Positions 1-26,290 of a DNA stretch of 64,000 bases are shown here, in pieces. A model generated the notes under the pieces. It did no database searches. It was not told the DNA's origin and saw only the letters and a list, made by a program, of their open reading frames with translations. The position numbers and the translations under genes were made by a program. Source of the stretch: the human T2T-CHM13v2.0 reference genome, Homo sapiens; assembly GCF_009914755.1 (NCBI RefSeq), contig NC_060938.1; one strand, 5' to 3'. How positions within the stretch are numbered: position 1 is the first letter of the stretch; every line of letters begins with the position of its first letter.

Positions 1-6335
<6,335 letters not shown>

Positions 6336-6339
6336 TCTG

Positions 6340-6453
6340 TCTATGGTACTTTTGTCCTGCAGAGTTGAGTAGATATAAAGGAGAACATGTGGCCTACAGA
6401 GCCTGAAATATTTACCATTTGGCCCTTAACAGAAAAAAATTGCTGATCCCTGG
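6340..6453. mobile_element. MER58-type hAT-Charlie fragment
   Basis: cctgaaatatttaccatttggcccttaacagaaaaaaattgctgatccctg terminus. Confidence 0.7.
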
Positions 6454-6629
6454 TATCAATGAATATCATAAACCTCTGGAGAAGTAATGAGTGTGAAGGA
6501 GCAGTGGCATCCAGGAGAGGGCCTCTCCTTTCTCATTGGTTGGTCCTATAGCATACTATAGGATAATGAGCAGCTATTATTAAGAAACATTGTCATAGGT
6601 TCTGGGGAGCCATTAACGTGTTTTAAGCA

Positions 6630-7652
<1,023 letters not shown>

Positions 7653-8308
7653 TAATCATAATCACAGTCCCCATAATTCTGTGATTTAGAAGTTTTTAAA
7701 TAAAGCTTTAATGATTTAGGATTCTCCTTTCTGGAAAAGAAAAAAAGGCAGGCAAATTGCCCGTGGTACATTTAATTGAGTTTTTAGGGTTAAGTTTAAA
7801 GCAAATCATTTGTCCTGCTTGATAGTATCTCTTCAGTTTATTGACAAAGAGGTGTTTCTCTAAATACAAATTTAAGACAGGACATATGACCCTAATGAAA
7901 TGTCAGTATAAGAACTTATCTAATTTAGGTCTTTAGGGATTTTTTTTTCTTTATTTGGTTACAAACTGAAAGATGTGAACTGAGCTCTTTATCACAGTCT
8001 CCAGAACCTTCTCTTTTCTCTGGGTTTGAAGATCTTGTCATCTCTAAAATGAACTGTGGGTTTTTTTCCCCAGATTTAAATAAGTGTTGTGTGGTAAATG
8101 GAAAACTTTGTGGGTTTAGTGATTTTTTAAAAATCTGAGAAAGAAATTTAATTATCTGCAAAATATAGTTTTAAACCATGTGTTTTAAAGTACAGGCATA
8201 CCTTGAAGACATTGCAAGTTTGGTTCTAAGCTTTATCGTAAATATTGCAATAAAGTGAGTCACACAAATTTTTTGGTTACCCAGGTCGTATAAAAGTTAT
8301 CTTTCCAT

Positions 8309-11657
<3,349 letters not shown>

Positions 11658-13125
11658 TGACATGCCTTCCTCACTAAGCTCAGTGATTTCAAGCTTTTGA
11701 TTTAAAGTGTAAGACCGGAGACTCTTCCTTTCACTTGAACACCTAGAGGCCATCGTAGAATTATTAATTGGCCTAATTTCAGTATTGTTGTGTCTCAGGT
11801 AATAGGGAGGCCTGAACAGAGGGAGAAAGATGGGGAAATGGCTGTTGGTGGAGCAATCAGAAGTCACACAACATTTATTGATTAAGTTTACTGTCTTACA
11901 GCAGCATGGTTTCTGGTGCCCTAAAACAATTACCATTCAGGTATGTCGGTGCAAGAATTCTGGCCAAAAATGTAAAGCTTCTAGAAAAATCAATGAATTC
12001 AGAATTTTAGGAAGGTTAAAAAGTTAAAAGGACAAGCAGGTCACTCCTAGCAGTGGCCTTCCCAATGTCAAATGTTTTCCTTATTTCTTCATTCTTTTTC
12101 TTTTATGTGACACTTGACTGAAATTCTACCAGCTGGGATCCAGGCTTTTTTATGAGATTTAGCTTGAAGCAGTGTACTTTCCTCCTAAAGCCTAGCTGAG
12201 TTTGGCTTTACAAGGAAATGAAAATTATGTGTGGCTATGGGTGTTTGGCTGCTGCTGTTTTAGAGTTGGGTTGGTGATTTTTCATAGAGAACGTTTTGAG
12301 GGGCTGATCTGAGGGGGGTGCTCAAATGGAAAGTTTTGTGTGGAGTAGTGTGCTAGAGACAGAGGGATAAAGTCACCTTTAGGAGGTTGAAACAAGGTGG
12401 GAGTGTGCAAAGGAGATACTTGACTTTTCTTGTGCTAAGGGCAAGAGAGTCTTATCTTTCTTACAGCGAGTGATCTTTTCTCTCTCAGATTCAGGTTGGC
12501 ATTATTACTGTTATACTATAACCCATTGCATCATTTGGCTTGGAAACCAAGCCATTTTTAAATTAATTTTTATTTATGGGAAAAGTGTTGTGAGTTCTTT
12601 ATAATCATCTACTAAGTGAATTTTTAGAAACAGTATTTGGAAGTGAGGTACTTCCCAGAGTGATACACTTTTAGTGTTATTTTTCTTAAAAGATTCTGCC
12701 TAGGATTTTTGATTTAGTTTTTCTATAGCTATTGCTTAAATGTATCGATTTTATTGCTTTTTCATTTGGTCTTCTTAGAGAATAGAATAATGTAAATAAG
12801 ATACTAGATTAGAAACAGTAATACTGGTGCTGAAGACAGACAGCTTACTTCTGAAGGAAGAGAAAACTACCAGTGTGAAAGAGCAGCAGCTGAGATGTTG
12901 AGAATAAGGCCTCTGATCACCACTGAACCAAACTCCCGATCTTTATACACATGTATAGTCTTCCCTATCTCAGTAAATACAACTTTTTCCTTCTAGCTAT
13001 TCAGGTCAAAAAGGTCAGAATCATCCTTGATTCCCCTCTTTCCTTCATATCCCCATTCTAATCTGCCAGCACTCCCTATTTTCCATCTCTGCTTTATTTT
13101 TCTCCATAGCACTTATCTGACATGC

Positions 13126-13131
13126 TACACA

Positions 13132-13178
<47 letters not shown>
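13126..13178 (+). repeat. (CA)n microsatellite
   Basis: About 26 units with one TA interruption. Confidence 0.95.
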
Positions 13179-13182
<4 letters not shown>

Positions 13183-13407
13183 CTTTTACTATATATCTTT
13201 TCTCTGTATAGAGTGAAAGCACCACAAGGGTAGGGATTTTTAAATGCCTGTTTAGAACACTGTTGTATCCTCATAACTCAGAATAGTGCTTTACATAAAG
13301 ATGCTCAATTTGTTGAATAAATGAATAATAGTTACCATTTACTGAATTCTTAGTGTCAGGCTAAGATCTTTGTGCTAGGATCTTTGTATCAGTTATCTCT
13401 AATTTTT

Positions 13408-14919
13408 TTTCTTCTTTTTTTTTTGTTAATCCATCTTTTTTTTTTTTTTTTATTGATCATTCTTGGGTGTTTCTCGCAGAGGGGGATTTGGCAGGGTCAT
13501 AGGACAATAGTGGAGGGAAGGTCAGCAGATAAACAAGTGAACAAAGGTCTCCGGTTTTCCTAGGCAGAGGACCCTGCGGCCCTCCGCAGTGTCTGTGTCC
13601 CTGGGTACTTGAGATTAGGGAGTGGTGATGACTCTCAACGAGCATGCTGCCTTCAAGCATCTGTTTAACAAAGCACATCTTGCACCACCCTTAATCCATT
13701 CAACCCTGAGTGGACACAGCACATGTTTCAGAGAGCACAGGGTTGGGGATAAGGTCATAGATCAACAGCATCCCAAGGCAGAAGAATTTTTCTTAGTACA
13801 GAACAAAATGAAGTCTCCCATGTCTACTTCTTTCTACACAGACACAGCAACAATCTGATTTCTCTATCTTTTCCCCACCTTTCCCCCTTTTCTATTCCAC
13901 AAAACCGCCATCATCATCATGGCCCGTTCTCAATGAGCTGTTGGGTACACCTCCCAGACGGGATGGTGGCCGGGCAGAGGGGCTCCTCACTTCCCAGAAG
14001 GGGCGGCCAGGCAGAGGTGCCTCCCACCTCCCGGATGGGGCAGCGGCCGGGTGGAGGCGCCCCCCACCTCCCTCCCGGACGGGGCGGCTGGCCGGGCGGG
14101 GGCTGACCCCCCCACCTCCGCCTCCCTCCCAGACAGGGCGGCTGCCTGGCGGAGACGCTCCTCACTTCCCAGACGGGGCGGCTGCCGGGCGGAGGGGCTC
14201 CTCACTTCTCAGACGGGTCGGCCGGGCAGAGACGCTCCTCACCTCCCAGACGGGGTGGCGGCCGGGCAGAGGCGCTCCTCACATCCCAGACGGGGAGGCG
14301 GAGCAGAGGCGCTCCCCACATCTCAGACGGTGGGCGGCCGGACAGAGACTATCCTCATTTCCTAGACGGGATGGCGGCTGGGAAGAGGCGCTCCTCACTT
14401 CCCAGACTGGGCAGCCGGGCAGAGGGGCTCCTCGCATCCCAGACGATGGGCGGCCAGGCAGAGACGCTCCTCACTTCCCAGACGGGGTGGCGGCCGGGCA
14501 GAGGCTGTAATCTCGGCACTTTGGGAGGCCAAGGCAGGCGGCTGGGAGGTGGAGGTTGTAGCTAGCCGAGATCACGCCACTGCACTCCAGCCTGGGCAAC
14601 ATTGAGCACTGAGTGAGCGAGACTCCGTCTCAATCCCGGCACCTCGGGAGGCCGAGGCTGGCGGATCACTCGCGGTTAGGAGTTGGAGACCAGCCCGGCC
14701 AACACAGCGAAACCCCGTCTCCACCAAAAAAATACAAAAACCAGTCAGGCGTGGCGGTGCGCGCCTGCAATTGCAGGCACTTGGGAGGCTAAGGCAGGAG
14801 AATCAGGCAGGGAGGTTGCAGTGAGCCGAGATGGCAGCAGTACAGTCCAGCTTCAGCTCCGCATCAGAGGGAGACGGTGGAAAGAGAGGGAGAGGGAGAC
14901 CGTGGGGAGAGAGAGAGGG
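13408..14919 (-). mobile_element. SVA retrotransposon, essentially full length with a short hexamer head
   Basis: Poly(T) 13408-13451, SINE-R about 13452-13950, GC-rich VNTR about 13950-14500, Alu-like region about 14500-14860 and AGAGGG-like head to 14919. 13-bp TSD atctctaattttt at 13395-13407 and 14920-14932. Confidence 0.97.
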
Positions 14920-16400
14920 ATCTCTAATTTTTGTGACAATCCTACAAGGAAGGCAGCCTCCCCTTTTTTGCTAAACCTCAGAGAGGTTAAGTGACTTGCC
15001 AAGCAAGGTTTGTAAGTAACAGAATTAAGATTTGAATGCACATCTGTCTGATTCCCAAATATGAGTTCTATTCATTAAGCTTCCCTGTGTTCATAATGAA
15101 AGGGTCACTGAGAAGTTTAATAAGATAGTGTTCAGTGTTCTTCATTTGATGAAGGAAACTGTATACTATATTTCTGACAACAGTTTCCATCTTGGATTAT
15201 CTTGACTTTAAAAGATTAAAACGAAATAAAATTGGGTGTTTAAAGGAACATGCCTCAGTTATCTGGAACATTTTGGTATATGTAGAGTGCATTATTCCCC
15301 CAAACTGCAAAGTAGAAGGGAGTATTATTTGTGTTCTTAGAGAAATTTAAGAGGTCCTCACTCAAGTACTAATTCTGTTTCTTAACTAATTTTAACTTGC
15401 TTTTTAAAAAGCAAATGTTTATATAAGGGTTATTATAAGCTAGTCACTGTTATGAGTACTTTATAAATATTAACTAACTTAACATATATCTTTATAATAA
15501 CCTTGGAAAAGTTACTTCAGCACTTTCGTTCTTTTTCCTGGTCTTTAAACAGAGACAGTTGGACCAGATGATCTCCAAAGCCCACTCCAGCTCTGCAATG
15601 TTAAGGCTTTCTAACTAACACATAACACATAGTTATGTGTTAAGAAAAGTTAGATAAGGTCAGCTTTTCCTAGTGGGAACAGAGATGAGAGTGGAGCCCC
15701 AAAGACAGTGCACAGTAGAACAGGAAGTTGTGATTTAGGTGAATTAAAAGTGCAGAGTCTGTATGTAGCACAGTGTCAGTTTGGGAGGGAAGGAAGGCAG
15801 CATCAAATCGTTGTTGAGGTTTTGATGATGTGAAGCTCTTTAGTCTACCTTTCTCCTTTCCTTAATATCTAAAGGGAGAAATTCCAAGTTGTTATGTCTT
15901 GAGCAGAGCACATGACACCTCCTTATTAACCAGCACTACTTTTTAGCTATAGGTTGAAATTTGGCTCGTGGTTCTTCAAGATTTTAAGAAATAGTAAATA
16001 GGAGAGTTAAGGATTTGGTATGTGAAAATATCAAACCTGAATCTAGATGCATGAATCTGATCAAGCATCTAGAGCTCACTACTAATTTACTGGAAATACA
16101 GGGGGCAGAGGAATATGTTAAATTACACCTCAAGGGTACAATTACCAAATACCATCTGTGGGAAACTGCAAGACAACCCAGTTTCTTCCAATAAATGAAT
16201 TGCCAAAAAAAAAAAAAGAGATGGAGCAATGATCTATAGATAAAAGCAATTTGAGATAAAGCAACCATTTGCAGTGTATGGATCATATTGGGCCCTTAGT
16301 TCCTGATTTGAACAATCAGAGGAATCTGAACACCAGTTATTGGAGTTATTAAGACATTTTTGTTGATTTTTATTTAGGGTTAATAATGCTAGTGAGTTAA

Positions 16401-19192
<2,792 letters not shown>

Positions 19193-20604
19193 CTGTTACT
19201 TTCTATTAATAAGTACACAACACCCTAAACAATTCAAGGCATCTTAATCTCCATTAAGAACAACAACAAAATAATTTTTGTCATGCTGTTAAATCCATCA
19301 CTATGGATAAAACTGGTGCAAATTGGTCAAATGGATCCAACAAACACTGATGTCCAAGTTGGGATATTCGTAACTATTAATAATACGTAACTATTGATCA
19401 ATAGTTTAAAAGATCTCTTTATTCTTTTTCTTTTTGAAGGTTCTCAAAGAGTTTTGTTCTGAAATATGTTGTTGAGCTTCCCAGTTTGCATCCTCATCCT
19501 CAAACTGATGTTGTTTCTTCTCTAATTCTTTGTGTTATGCTTCTTTTTCATTTGCTCATGGCACTGCCATTGGAGCTCAACTTCAGAGTCCTTCAGTTTT
19601 TGAACTTTTTTTTTTTACCTTCATTTCAAACACCTGCTCCATTTCCAGCTCCGTCTTCTTCATTTTAGCTACATGCTCCCTTCTTTCTTCTTCCATTTGT
19701 GCCAGAAGGCTCTTAGTAAGCCCTTATTTGTTATCAACTCCATTATAAGTCACAACTGCCAGTTTTCTCCTTTCATAGTGGGCATTTAGTAACATCTTTC
19801 AAATCGTGCATATGTGTTATCAACATATTTCTTAGAATTGTAAAAACAATGTTCACCATTTTCAACTTTACCAACACCCCAAGGATACTGCCTTCCCCTA
19901 ACCCTTTTGCCATTAAGTTCAATGATATAGTATTACTACCTACCTAAGCAAGAGGTAAATGGTCCTTCTTCTTTTTAACAAGCTTGTTGTCTTCTTCACC
20001 TGTTTCTGGAAATTTATATATTTTAAGTTCTTAGATTTCTTTCATTATCTGTTTTAAAGTTATTATCTGGTTTAATTCCATGTCCTGAAGGAGCAGTGAA
20101 GTATAAACCCGGCACCCTGTTATCAGGCATCTGAAATCTGTTCACTTGTGATTCTGCATTTAGGTAGTCCACAGATTTACTATCAATGTAGTTGATGACG
20201 AGCTGCCAGCAATTACTATTATCTACTGCATCTCCAAATCCTATTTGGTATCAACTATTGTGAGCAGCAACTTAACACTACCTTCCTTGATTAAAACTTT
20301 GGATTGTTCCTCCTGTACAGTCTTTTTAGTAATAATTCTATGAGAAAGACTTGGATATTCTGGAGAATGCAAATCTATGAGGAATCATGAGTTGATTAAT
20401 GTTGTCTTTCCTGGATTTCCCACCACCGTAAGTGTGAATTCAAACGTTCTCTTCACTGATTCTCTGGATACTTGATTTGGGAGATTGGCAAATCCCACAC
20501 ATTTCCATCATTCCAGTCGTCCAGATTCCAACAGAAGAAATCCACAGAAGAACCACGGTGCTGCTGTTGACGCTCCTCTCCTAATCAGCAGTGGATCTCG
20601 CACT
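19193..20604 (-). pseudogene. Processed SEPTIN7 pseudogene (probably the SEPTIN7P1 locus; the P-number is from memory)
   Basis: The reverse complement follows SEPTIN7 mRNA without introns: exon-1 [53 protein letters not shown], the [13 protein letters not shown] coiled coil, stop at 19406-19408, then about 210 nt of 3'UTR. It has many indels and a broken P-loop near 20405-20425. Confidence 0.93.
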
Positions 20605-21149
20605 CCAGGTCATTCTTTTCAAAACACTGATGTAATCCTATTACTCCCCTGCCTCAAAACCTTCAGCAGTTTCCCATTCCTGCCCTGCAAGTAATTCCTC
20701 CAGTTTGGTCGCAGCCTACTTTTCAGGCCTCATTGCTTGCCACTCTCCTCTACAGACACGTGCGTCAGCCAGTGCCAGCTAATTAGTGGCTCTAGACTGC
20801 TTTGTGTTTTCTTCCTCTTCTTTTTCCCCTCATCTAAAATATACTTCTACCTCCAAATCCTGTTTTTCCTTCGTGACTATCTCAGTCCCTTTTCTGTCAC
20901 ACAACCTTTTTTGACCCCTGTAGTCTGCATTTATCTTTTCTTCCTTTGAACTTGTAGCATTTATTAACCCTGGCACACATCTGGCTATTGATCCTATACT
21001 ATGTGTTCTTTTTTTAGTGTTGTTTAGTTTTTCATATCAGTATCTATTGTTATTTCAACCAGATTAGAAACTCTGAGGGACAGGACACCCTTTTTCCTAT
21101 TTTCCACAATGCTTGGCATCCAGTAGGTGTGTAATAAATACAGTTATTT

Positions 21150-21375
21150 ATACATTAAATAATCCAGTGCTTACATTTATTATGTCATAGCTACCATTTC
21201 AGTTAATCTTTACAATAACTTTGAGGGAATGAGTATTTTCTCTCCTTGACAAATGAGGAAACTGAGGCTCAGAAAAGTTCGGTAACTTGCTGAAACCACA
21301 CAGGTTAAGTGATGAAGTCAGGATTCAGACCCACATCTTTGGACTCAGTAACACTTGCTGTTTAACCATACTGGT
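21150..21375. mobile_element. MIR (similar copies at about 14935-15060, 22750-22860, 26830-27050)
   Basis: MIR core gaggaaactgaggctcaga..aagt..ggtaacttgc. Confidence 0.75.
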
Positions 21376-24300
21376 AATTCTGCCTCCTTATGAGACTGGT
21401 GTATGTTTTCTGAGGATGGGAAATTACCTAACACTTAGCTTACTATTATTTGCTTGATAATGGCAGAAGAAAAGGTGTGCAAACCTGGATTCGTAGTGAT
21501 TCCTAGCAGGAATAATGAAACAGATTCAAACTGTGCCAAAGTTCACAGGAAAATAGAATTTCCCTTAATCTCGTTGATTACTGGTGGAATGACTCATCTT
21601 CCAGTTGTACGTTGCTCTTGAGTTACTCAGATATTTGTATAAGTTAGACAGCGGAGGGAAAACCACTGATGAGATGTACAAGACACGTCATTTGAGCTGA
21701 TGAATGTTCCTGGGATATCCCCAAGATTTCTACCTGAGTATTCCTGCCTGTCCTATTTACTGTTGGACTCTTTCACCTTTTGGTTTTCTTTCAGAGTAAA
21801 ATCACTTCCCATTTCCTTTCTGCTTTCCACTTGGATAACTTTCACAGGCTACTCTGTTACTACTGCAGTGCACAAAGATTTACTGTCTACATATTTAACA
21901 TTAGTCAGATTTACTGTTGAATTTATGCACTAGAAATTTCAGGAATTTAAATTTTTCCTTTTTCATTCTCTTCTCTGCTTCCGATTTTTTTCACTAAAAG
22001 AGGACAAAAATTGCCCAAACTATTTTCTTTTTTTAAAAAATTAGCAATAGAATTGAGTATAGATGGTAGTAAATTCTGCTTCATTTCTGTGGGAACATTG
22101 AAAACTTGATGGCTTCTGCAAGTGACTGATAAATTGTTTCTGCTTTATAAAGAAAGGAAACAGCTCATTCAACTCAATGAAGTCATTAGTAAACTGGGAA
22201 TTAGAAATAAAGATTCTGTATTTTTTGTTGTCATTAATTTGGTCTTTCTGTCTGCATCTGTTTTCTCACAAGTTTGTTTTGAGGATAGATCAGAAGACAT
22301 ATGCACATTGTAAAGCATAAAGTAATCCTTAAGGATGCACTACAGGCAATCCTCAGCCAAAAAACATGATTTATGAACCATGCATACATGCATACTACAA
22401 AGGGATCGATCTTACCTCAGTCTAGTGCCCTTTGAAGGCGACAAGCTAAATGGTCTTTTTGGCCCCTGAATCGGAATACCTGGAAACAACTGAAATGTAG
22501 ACATATTTTTCTTATACATGTGGAAGCAGTTAGGTTATGGGTCCTTTCAGGGATTCATCTACTCTACTGCCATGTGAAGACGAGCCCATTTCTCAGTCAG
22601 GAACAGGAAGCAGGAAAAGTTACTTTCCTGGTATCCAGTGTTAAAACCCAAAGAGTTATAAATGTTGACAAAGTATTGGTAAAGCTTGTGGTATTATTAT
22701 TTACCTAAAGCACATACAGGGGCTTTTATAGTATAGACTTTTTACAGTCAAATCATTTAATTTTCTTGAGTCCTTACAATAGCCCTTCGAAGTATGTGTT
22801 AATAACCCCACTTTATTCCTGAGGAACGTAAGGCCCAGAAAAGTGAAGCGATTTGATCGGTGAAGGGGCTTAAATTTTCTACACATTTCCTTCCAAGGAC
22901 GAAGGGAAGTTAGACACTGTGTTGGCACTTTAGAGCAGATTCTGGGTTAGGTGTGAAGCAGAGGGGATTTCCAGGGTGTGTAAGCATGGACAAACTCCTT
23001 GAATGAAAGCAGAATTTTTTCTTTTTTTAAAGTAGTTAACAGCATTTTGGGGTTTGCAGGACTCAGGCTGTGTTACTGCCTTTTTTATTTTTTGGCCTGA
23101 TTTGTTTCTTTCTAATTTGGGAGCAAGATTTTATAATTAAAAATATATTGCCTTTTGCCCTTTCTTTGAGCTATTCTCCATAAATCTGTAAGAATATGAT
23201 ATGAAAAGGAAGAAGAGTGGGATTAAAAATAATATAGCTGATTCTGTCTAGAAATTTAATTTCTAAACTATCTTTACCTGAGTTAGATCTATTTCTCCAA
23301 AGATCAGTCAAGATTTAAGAAATAACTTTAAACTTGTAAGTAAATTCTTTTCTATCTGGAATTTACAGGATAATGTATTAATACTTGGAAATGATACCTA
23401 ACTGCTAGGGAGCATGCATCTTTAGCTCATGATTCTAGATGATTGAGAATTTTTTAGGGAAACTTTTTCAGTCCTTCATGTAGTTGATAGTGGGCTATCA
23501 TTTTATATTTCTAGATTGAAAAATAGGTTATCTTCTTTCTCCTTCCTCTCTCTCCTCTTCCCCTTCTCTTTTTTCTTCTTTCTAGCTGTATGGAATGACC
23601 ATAATTTAATTATTCATTGAGTCTCCTATTAACGAGTATTTAACTTGTTTCAAATCTTTCACTATTACAAAAGTGTCACAGTGAATCATCTTACACATTT
23701 GTAATTTCTCACATATTCCAAGATAGATATAAGATAGATTCCCACAAATTGAATTGCTAGCACAATGGAGACATATTAATTTTGATTGGCCTTCATGGAA
23801 ATTTTAACAGTATATACTGTGATCAGCAAAATATGAGAATTCTTTCTCTGCACCTTGAAGATTCAGTGTGTTATCAAACATTTTGATCTTTGCCTATATG
23901 AAGTAAAAAAATAAAATTGCAGTATAGGATTAATTTACAATTTTCTTGGAGTGTGGTGGAGCATATTTTCATAGGTTTAAGAGGCACTTATATTTATTTT
24001 CTGCAAACTGCTCCTGTCTTGTCTGTTTTTTGAGTTATTGACTGTTTTCATATTAATTTTAGGAGCTCTTTATTTGAAAAATCATCTGTGATTTAAATTA
24101 CAATTTTTGAGGCTTATTTTTTTTTCTCTATGTATACTTTAAAATATTCGAATTTGTCAGACTTTCCTTTTATGGCTCCTGGGTTTCATATTTAGAAAGA
24201 TTTTTTCTGTTGCAAGGTTATTGAAAAGCCAACAAACACAAAAAACTTCCTTTTGCTCCCTTCACTTTTGTTGTTTTTCTCTAAATTTTTCATCCATTTG

Positions 24301-24944
24301 GAATTTTTTTCTGATGTGAGGTATAGTTCCAACTTAATTTCCTCCCCAGCTAATTAGCCAATTGTGTCAACATCATTTAACAACCCATATTTTACCCCAC
24401 TAGGGATAAAGCGGGATGTTACTTTTAGCATATACCAAATTCTTCATATAAATATTTAGGTCTCTTTTTGGACTTTCTGTTCTGATTCACTAATCTGCAT
24501 TCCTAACAGTATGACACTATTTTGATTATTGTAGTTTTATGATATATCTAATATCTATTAGAGCTAATTTTTATAACTTGGGTTCTGGCACTTTCTTTAA
24601 TAAACTTACCAGAGGTAAATATTATAGGCCTCTGATAAAATGTATTAATAATGCTCCCTGGGGCAAAATCATGTTTTATATATGTGACAGAGTCCTATTA
24701 CCCGTGGCTTTTAAGCGTTTTTTAACACAACACAGATACAATATACATTTTATGTAATAACACATTTATAAATGAAAAAAAATTTATACATAAAAAAATT
24801 ATGTACTCTTGCTGTATTTGTTGCACTCTATTTTAGTTCTGTTTATTTCTCCCTGAAATGCTGGTTGCAACTGTATTAAATTGATCTCATGACCTAGTAA
24901 GGTGTTGTGACCTGCAGTTAAAAAAACACCTTATTATTTGATGT

Positions 24945-26290
24945 TGTAATCATAGCCATTCTAACTGGTTTGAGATGGCATCTTATTGTGCTTTTAATCT
25001 GCATTTCTCTGATGATTAGTGATATTGAGCATTTTTTCATATGTTTATTAGCCACTTGTATGCCTTCTTTTGAGAAGTGTCTGTTCATGTCTTTTGCCTG
25101 TTTTTTAATGGGGTTATTTGTTTTTTGCTTGTTGAATTAAGTTCCTTGTAGATTCTGGATATTAGACCATTGTTGGATGCAGTTTGTAAATATTTTCTCC
25201 TATTCCGTAAGTTGTCTGTTTACTTTAATAGTTTCTTTTGCTATACAGAGGCTCTTTAGTTTAATTAGTTAATTAATTAGGTCCCACTTGTCAATTTTTG
25301 TTTTTGTTGCAATTGCTCTTGGGGACTTAACCAAAAATTCTTTGCCAAGGCTGATGTCAAGAAGGGTATTTCCTAGGTTTTCTTCTAGGATTTTTATAGT
25401 TTGAGGGTATACATTTAAATCTTTAATCCATCTTGAGTTAATTTTGATATGTGGTGAAAGGTAAGGGTCCAGTTTCATTTTGCTACATATAACTAGCCAG
25501 TTATCTGAGCACCATTTATTGAATAGGAATTCCTTTCCCCATTGCTTGTTTTTGTTGGCCTTGTCGAAAATCAGTTGTATGTGAGTGTGCAGCTTTATTT
25601 CTGAGTTTTCCATTCTGTTCCATTGGTCTCTATATCTGTTTTTGTACCAGTATGAGGCTGCAGAGAAAAGGGAATGCTTATACACTGTTGATGGGATGTA
25701 AATTAGTTCAGCCACTGTGGAAAGCAGCTTGGAGATTTCTCAAATAACTTAAAACAGAGCAACCATTTAACTCAGGAATCCACTGCTGGGTGTATACCCA
25801 AAGGGAAATGGATCATTATACCAAAAAGACACATCCACTCATATGTGCATTGCTGCGCTACTCACAATAGCAAAGAAGTGGAATCAACCTAGTGCCAATC
25901 AGTGGTGGACTGGATAAAGAAAATGTGGTACTATACACCATGGAATGCTATGCAACCATAAAAAAGAACAAAGTCATGTCCTTCACAGCAACATGGATGG
26001 AGCCGGACGCCATAATCCTAAGCAAATTAATTCAGTAAGAGAAAAGCAGATACTGCAAGTTCTTACTTATAAATGGGAGCTAAACATTGAGCATACATGG
26101 ACATAAACATGGGAACAACAGACACTGCAGACTGCTAGAGGGGGTGGGGTATGGGTTGAAAAGCTACCTACTGGGTACTGTGTTCACTACCTGGGTACAG
26201 TATACCCATGTAACGAACCTCTACATGGATCTGCTGTATCTGAAATAAAAGTTGAAATACTGAAATAAATAAAAATAAGGAAAAAAGAAA
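24945..26290 (+). mobile_element. 5'-inverted (twin-primed) old L1PA (L1PA15-like)
   Basis: 24945-25652 is ORF2 on the - strand (WYKNR...KIDKWDL). 25653-26290 is the ORF2 end, 3'UTR and A-tail on the + strand. Confidence 0.88.

Noticed and set aside
11938-11946. Strong donor-like CAG/gtatgt at the Tigger1 breakpoint
   Set aside because: I found no convincing paired acceptor or open frame, and such motifs are common in long introns.
13941-14510. 189-aa Arg/Gly/Pro-rich ORF and CpG-island-like GC content
   Set aside because: It is the SVA VNTR.
21666-21737. Possible C/D box snoRNA (ctgatga ... ctgatga ... ctga)
   Set aside because: Box C is imperfect, there is no terminal stem, and I see no convincing rRNA guide. 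An Rfam/snoscan hit would be needed.
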